Assembly: GCA_040326155.1 (NCBI GenBank) | Contig: JBEQLE010000056.1 | Coordinates: forward strand, 1 to 29,402 | Reading direction: 5' to 3' | Length of the DNA stretch: 29,402 bases | Source: Leptospirales bacterium | GTDB taxonomy: Bacteria; Spirochaetota; Leptospiria; Turneriellales; JAOUFE01 | In this document: piece after piece, positions 26,306 through 29,402 of the stretch | Numbering within the stretch: position 1 is the first letter of the stretch | Layout of the letters: every line of letters starts with the position of its first letter | Notes under the pieces: model-generated | Told to the model about the DNA's origin: nothing | Seen by the model: the letters and a program-made list of their open reading frames with translations, nothing else | The model's database searches: none | Program-made: the position numbers and the translations under genes

Positions 26306-26545
26306 ATTATAGTAACGGCATTTACTATGCTATAGTGGAATGCTTTTGAAACGGGGATGCACAAAAAAACCAATTTTCTCCAATGTAAAACAACCGGAAA
26401 TGGACAAGTTTAGAAGAGAATTTGTCGAAAGTTGAAGTGAATAAAAAACTTGACGGTATGATGAAAACTAATAATATCAATTGAGTAGACATTATGATTA
26501 TTTGTATAATGTCGTGTTTTCAATTTAAATGTATATGGAGCCAGA

Positions 26546-27394
26546 ATGGATATCGACAGTGAGATAAAAAATATTAAATTAACTATTCAGCCCCAGATTT
26601 TAGGAAGTCTACTAAATCTGAATGATCAGAGCAATACAAGTTTTGCGTCATTAGACAAGATTGTTCGAGCTGATCAGAATATGTCGACTATGATTCTAAA
26701 AGCGGCAAACTCTTCGTTTTATTCCAGGGGAAATCAAGTTACAAGCTTGCAGCACGCGATTGCAATGCTTGGGTTTCGCGTAGTTCGGTCTCTTGCCATG
26801 GCCGCAAATTCCAAATCTCTGTTTGAATCGGGAAAATATTCTAGATTTCAGCGTTATGTATGGAAACATTCAACGGTTACAGGCGTAATATCGCGTGAAA
26901 TTGCTATTCGACTACATAAAAATGATCTTCAAGAAGAAGCTTTTGTGGCAGGCTTGCTACATGACATCGGAAAAGTTATATTAAATATTATTGATAGACG
27001 AAAGTTTATTCAGGTACTTGATATAATTGGTGAAGAAGATATACAATTTATTGAAGCAGAAACTCGTATTTTTGGCACCAACCATATGATTGTAGGGCAA
27101 AAAGCTGCTGCTCATTGGAAACTGCCGGAAACTTACGGACATATATTTGAAATGCACGAAGGTTTTGATGCTCTTCCGGAAGAAAAAGATGATCTTGTTT
27201 ATATTGTTTCTTATGGAAATTACCTTGCTAAAAAGTGCGGTTACGGACATTATTGCACCAAAGATGATGAAGATGGTGAGAAAATGGAACAAATGCTGAA
27301 ATTACCGGAAGCCGAGGTGAAATATTTTCGTGAAGTATTGCCAGAGAAGATTGAGGAAGATGACTTTTTTAAATTTGCCAATAAGCTAATATGA
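26546..27394 (+). CDS. HDOD domain protein
   Basis: D......ILK.ANS.FY, AI..LG, W.HS, AGLLHDIGK, E...FG..H...G.....W.LP. Confidence 0.93.
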   Translation: MDIDSEIKNIKLTIQPQILGSLLNLNDQSNTSFASLDKIVRADQNMSTMILKAANSSFYSRGNQVTSLQHAIAMLGFRVVRSLAMAANSKSLFESGKYSRFQRYVWKHSTVTGVISREIAIRLHKNDLQEEAFVAGLLHDIGKVILNIIDRRKFIQVLDIIGEEDIQFIEAETRIFGTNHMIVGQKAAAHWKLPETYGHIFEMHEGFDALPEEKDDLVYIVSYGNYLAKKCGYGHYCTKDDEDGEKMEQMLKLPEAEVKYFREVLPEKIEEDDFFKFANKLI

Positions 27395-28119
27395 ATGAAA
27401 GTAGTGATGCGAATGATCCAATTAGTGTTTGGGAAAAACACTTTTTAGTTAAACCTGAAGAGGTTGCTTTTGACTATCACTTTTTTGATTTATATAGTGG
27501 GGATGAGAAAAAACTTTTAGCTCATTTACGCGAAACATTGACTAAATTGAAACGACCCGATTTAAGCGGTCCAATCTATCTTATTATCAGGGAATTATTA
27601 ACAAATTCTTTAAAAGCTGTTTATAAAAAATTGTATCTTGAATATTTTATTCAGGAAATGGGTTTGGGCGACCTCTCTTACGAAGAGTGGTTGATGATCT
27701 TTAAAACTGAAATTGAAACCCATATGGCAGACAATTTTTCCAATATGTGCCGCGACAAAGATATGTTTGTCGAATGCATGATAAAACTCGATATCGGTGA
27801 TCTTGTTATTGAAATAAGTAACGAGGGTGCGCCCAGTGACATTGAATGGAAGCGGTTGCAAGAAAGCCTGGCTCGTGCGAGTGAGATTAAGGACATGTCA
27901 TACCTTTTCGAAGAAGATACCACCGCCGATGACTACCAGGAAGGGGCTGGCATAGGTGTCCCTATGATTTTGATGATGTTGAAAAACATTCGTAATAATA
28001 ATCTTGGTGATTTTAACATTAAAGTGGATAATGGAAAAACTGTAGCCAGATTGAATCTACCCGTTGCCGTATTTATGGATTCAAATTCAGAAAACGAAAC
28101 TCAAAAAGTTCCAACATAA
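27391..28119 (+). CDS. HATPase_c-like ATP-binding protein without HisKA (anti-sigma/Ser kinase-like)
   Basis: RELLTNSLKA (N box), ISNEG (G1-like), EGAGIG..MI (G2); ATGA-type overlap with the HDOD gene. Confidence 0.7.
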   Translation: MNESSDANDPISVWEKHFLVKPEEVAFDYHFFDLYSGDEKKLLAHLRETLTKLKRPDLSGPIYLIIRELLTNSLKAVYKKLYLEYFIQEMGLGDLSYEEWLMIFKTEIETHMADNFSNMCRDKDMFVECMIKLDIGDLVIEISNEGAPSDIEWKRLQESLARASEIKDMSYLFEEDTTADDYQEGAGIGVPMILMMLKNIRNNNLGDFNIKVDNGKTVARLNLPVAVFMDSNSENETQKVPT

Positions 28120-28835
28120 TCGAACGTCAGTATTCTGCTGGCAGGCGCATTCGCATTTAAAATAAAATTCAGTTCCAGAGCAAAGTTTTCGTATAAATGA
28201 TACCGAAAGCCTATATTAAAAAGTGTTTCTGACAGGCGGTTTGCGTCAAAAAATACTCTTTCCACTTCAAACATCGGAACAAAGGGTCCAATGGGAATAT
28301 CAATTCCGACAAACAGTGACGTGTCCTCCGGTTCAAATGTTGGTTGAACAGGCAGACGTACTCCGAAGTGAAAATGTTGTTCCTGATTAAAAAGATAAAT
28401 TGGTTTTGTTATAACCAGATAAGGTCCATAAATCAGGCGGCTGTTGACATTGGGCGGTAAATTGGCTCTCTGGCTTAATGCATCGTAAAAGGCATCGTAA
28501 CCCACGGCAACCAGCAGAGGAAACGTATCCCATCCGTCGGTAATTTTTATTCGGGCTAAAACCCCGGGAATGTTAAACTGTACTTCGTCATCTCCAATCA
28601 GGTTTTCAATGTCGAAGGCAACACCAAGAAATATATTATCATGCAGTCCGATCGTAGCTCGTGTTAAAATTCCACCGTTGTCATAACCCCATATTCCGAT
28701 ATTAAATTCACCTCGGTACATAGTAAATGCAGTTGGCGTATCTACCAGATCGAGCAAAAGCGCTCCATGGGCTGGCTTAAAAAATGCCAAAAAACTTAAT
28801 ATCACTAAAAAACTACGTATACCGCTCTTTCCCAT
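28101..28835 (-). CDS. YjbH-like outer-membrane beta-barrel protein
   Basis: Signal peptide (AHG-A), L.D.PTA N-terminal motif, alternating beta strands, C-terminal Phe. Confidence 0.7.
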   Translation of the reverse strand: MGKSGIRSFLVILSFLAFFKPAHGALLLDLVDTPTAFTMYRGEFNIGIWGYDNGGILTRATIGLHDNIFLGVAFDIENLIGDDEVQFNIPGVLARIKITDGWDTFPLLVAVGYDAFYDALSQRANLPPNVNSRLIYGPYLVITKPIYLFNQEQHFHFGVRLPVQPTFEPEDTSLFVGIDIPIGPFVPMFEVERVFFDANRLSETLFNIGFRYHLYENFALELNFILNANAPASRILTFDYVGTF

Positions 28836-28842
28836 AAATTGA

Positions 28843-28869
28843 TTTTCGGCAGAAATTCAAATACTTTTA
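28843..28869 (-). promoter_or_regulatory. Sigma-28 (FliA) promoter, leaderless geometry
   Basis: Minus strand TAAA-N15-GCCGAAAA, ending 7 nt before the ATG at 28835. Confidence 0.65.
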
Positions 28870-28883
28870 GCCCGATTTTTTCA

Positions 28884-29402
28884 TTATAGCATTTTCATTA
28901 TGGCATCGATGACGGTTTTTGGTTTAATTTGGTTCATGCAGGCGAAATCGCCTCGGTAGCACTCTTTTTCACCAAATACGGAGCAGGGTCGACATTCCAG
29001 CTCTTCGATGGAGATACAGACGTGGTTTTTATGTTCAGGCGGGCCAAACCCGGTAAAGCGGTGCGTTGGACCCCAGATGGAAACTGTTTTTACTCCCAGC
29101 CCGGCCGCGATGTGCAGGTTAGCTGAATCCATTGTTAAAACGAGATCGAGTTCGGCGATAAATGCCAACTCTTCTTCAAAGGTAAATTGTCCAGCAACGT
29201 TGTTTATATGTAATCCTTCGGAATAATCGCTTAGTATCGATTTCTCTTTTGCAGAGCCCAGAAAAAACAGTTCTATGTTTTTTTTCGAAAGTTCTTTTAT
29301 TACCGGTTTCATAGATTCAGCTGGAAATTCTTTCAGCTTATGGGCGCTTAAGGGGGCAATGGCGATTAACTTTGCGCTAGTTTTTTTATAGTTCGATAAA
29401 AA
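28884..29402 (-). CDS. Glycosyltransferase family 9 (heptosyltransferase-like), 5' end outside the window
   Basis: Frame open to the window edge (IAIAP......K.FP); AG...F, MDSA.LHIAA..G...VSIWGPT, L.CRPCS..G...C. Confidence 0.93.
   Translation of the reverse strand, partial: FLSNYKKTSAKLIAIAPLSAHKLKEFPAESMKPVIKELSKKNIELFFLGSAKEKSILSDYSEGLHINNVAGQFTFEEELAFIAELDLVLTMDSANLHIAAGLGVKTVSIWGPTHRFTGFGPPEHKNHVCISIEELECRPCSVFGEKECYRGDFACMNQIKPKTVIDAIMKML

Noticed and set aside
1685..29226. Numerous short ORFs nested in or antisense to confident genes
   Set aside because: Shadow frames of well-supported CDSs with no motifs of their own.
1..29402. CRISPR array, tRNA/rRNA, integrase or reverse transcriptase
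   Set aside because: No regularly spaced repeat-spacer run, cloverleaf, recombinase or RT motif seen by eye.

Overview
AT-rich bacterial chromosomal window, most likely from a spirochaete of Leptospirales type. This is inferred from spirochaete-style lipoboxes, a stand-alone FliG-C paralogue, an HDOD/HATPase pair, hemerythrins and sigma-28-like promoters; it is not proven. The left arm (~1-12 kb) carries a split HEXXH metallopeptidase, ogt, an alpha/beta hydrolase, a GAF-GGDEF cyclase, a membrane serine hydrolase, a SAM methyltransferase and a phosphate module (OprO/P-type porin with a candidate Pho box, converging on phoB-phoR). The centre (~12.1-21.2 kb) is an accessory mosaic. It holds two short repeat families, a stand-alone FliG C-terminal gene, an AT3-SGNH O-acyltransferase, a probable group II intron 5' remnant, a multi-zinc-ribbon protein, a phosphoesterase, several gene relics, an attC-like half site, and an 81-bp direct-repeat-bounded unit containing an IS1182-type transposase fragment plus an intact HepT/MntA toxin-antitoxin pair. 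The right arm carries ilvB-ilvN, a beta-propeller lipoprotein, two convergent hemerythrins, a TPR protein, HDOD and HATPase-like genes, a YjbH-like barrel and a truncated GT9. No tRNA, rRNA or CRISPR array was seen, and no single clearly new system is established. The best leads are the repeat-bounded modules of the central island, leaderless sigma-28 promoters, and several catalytically or structurally altered proteins. All family calls come from motif recognition by eye; no database search was run.
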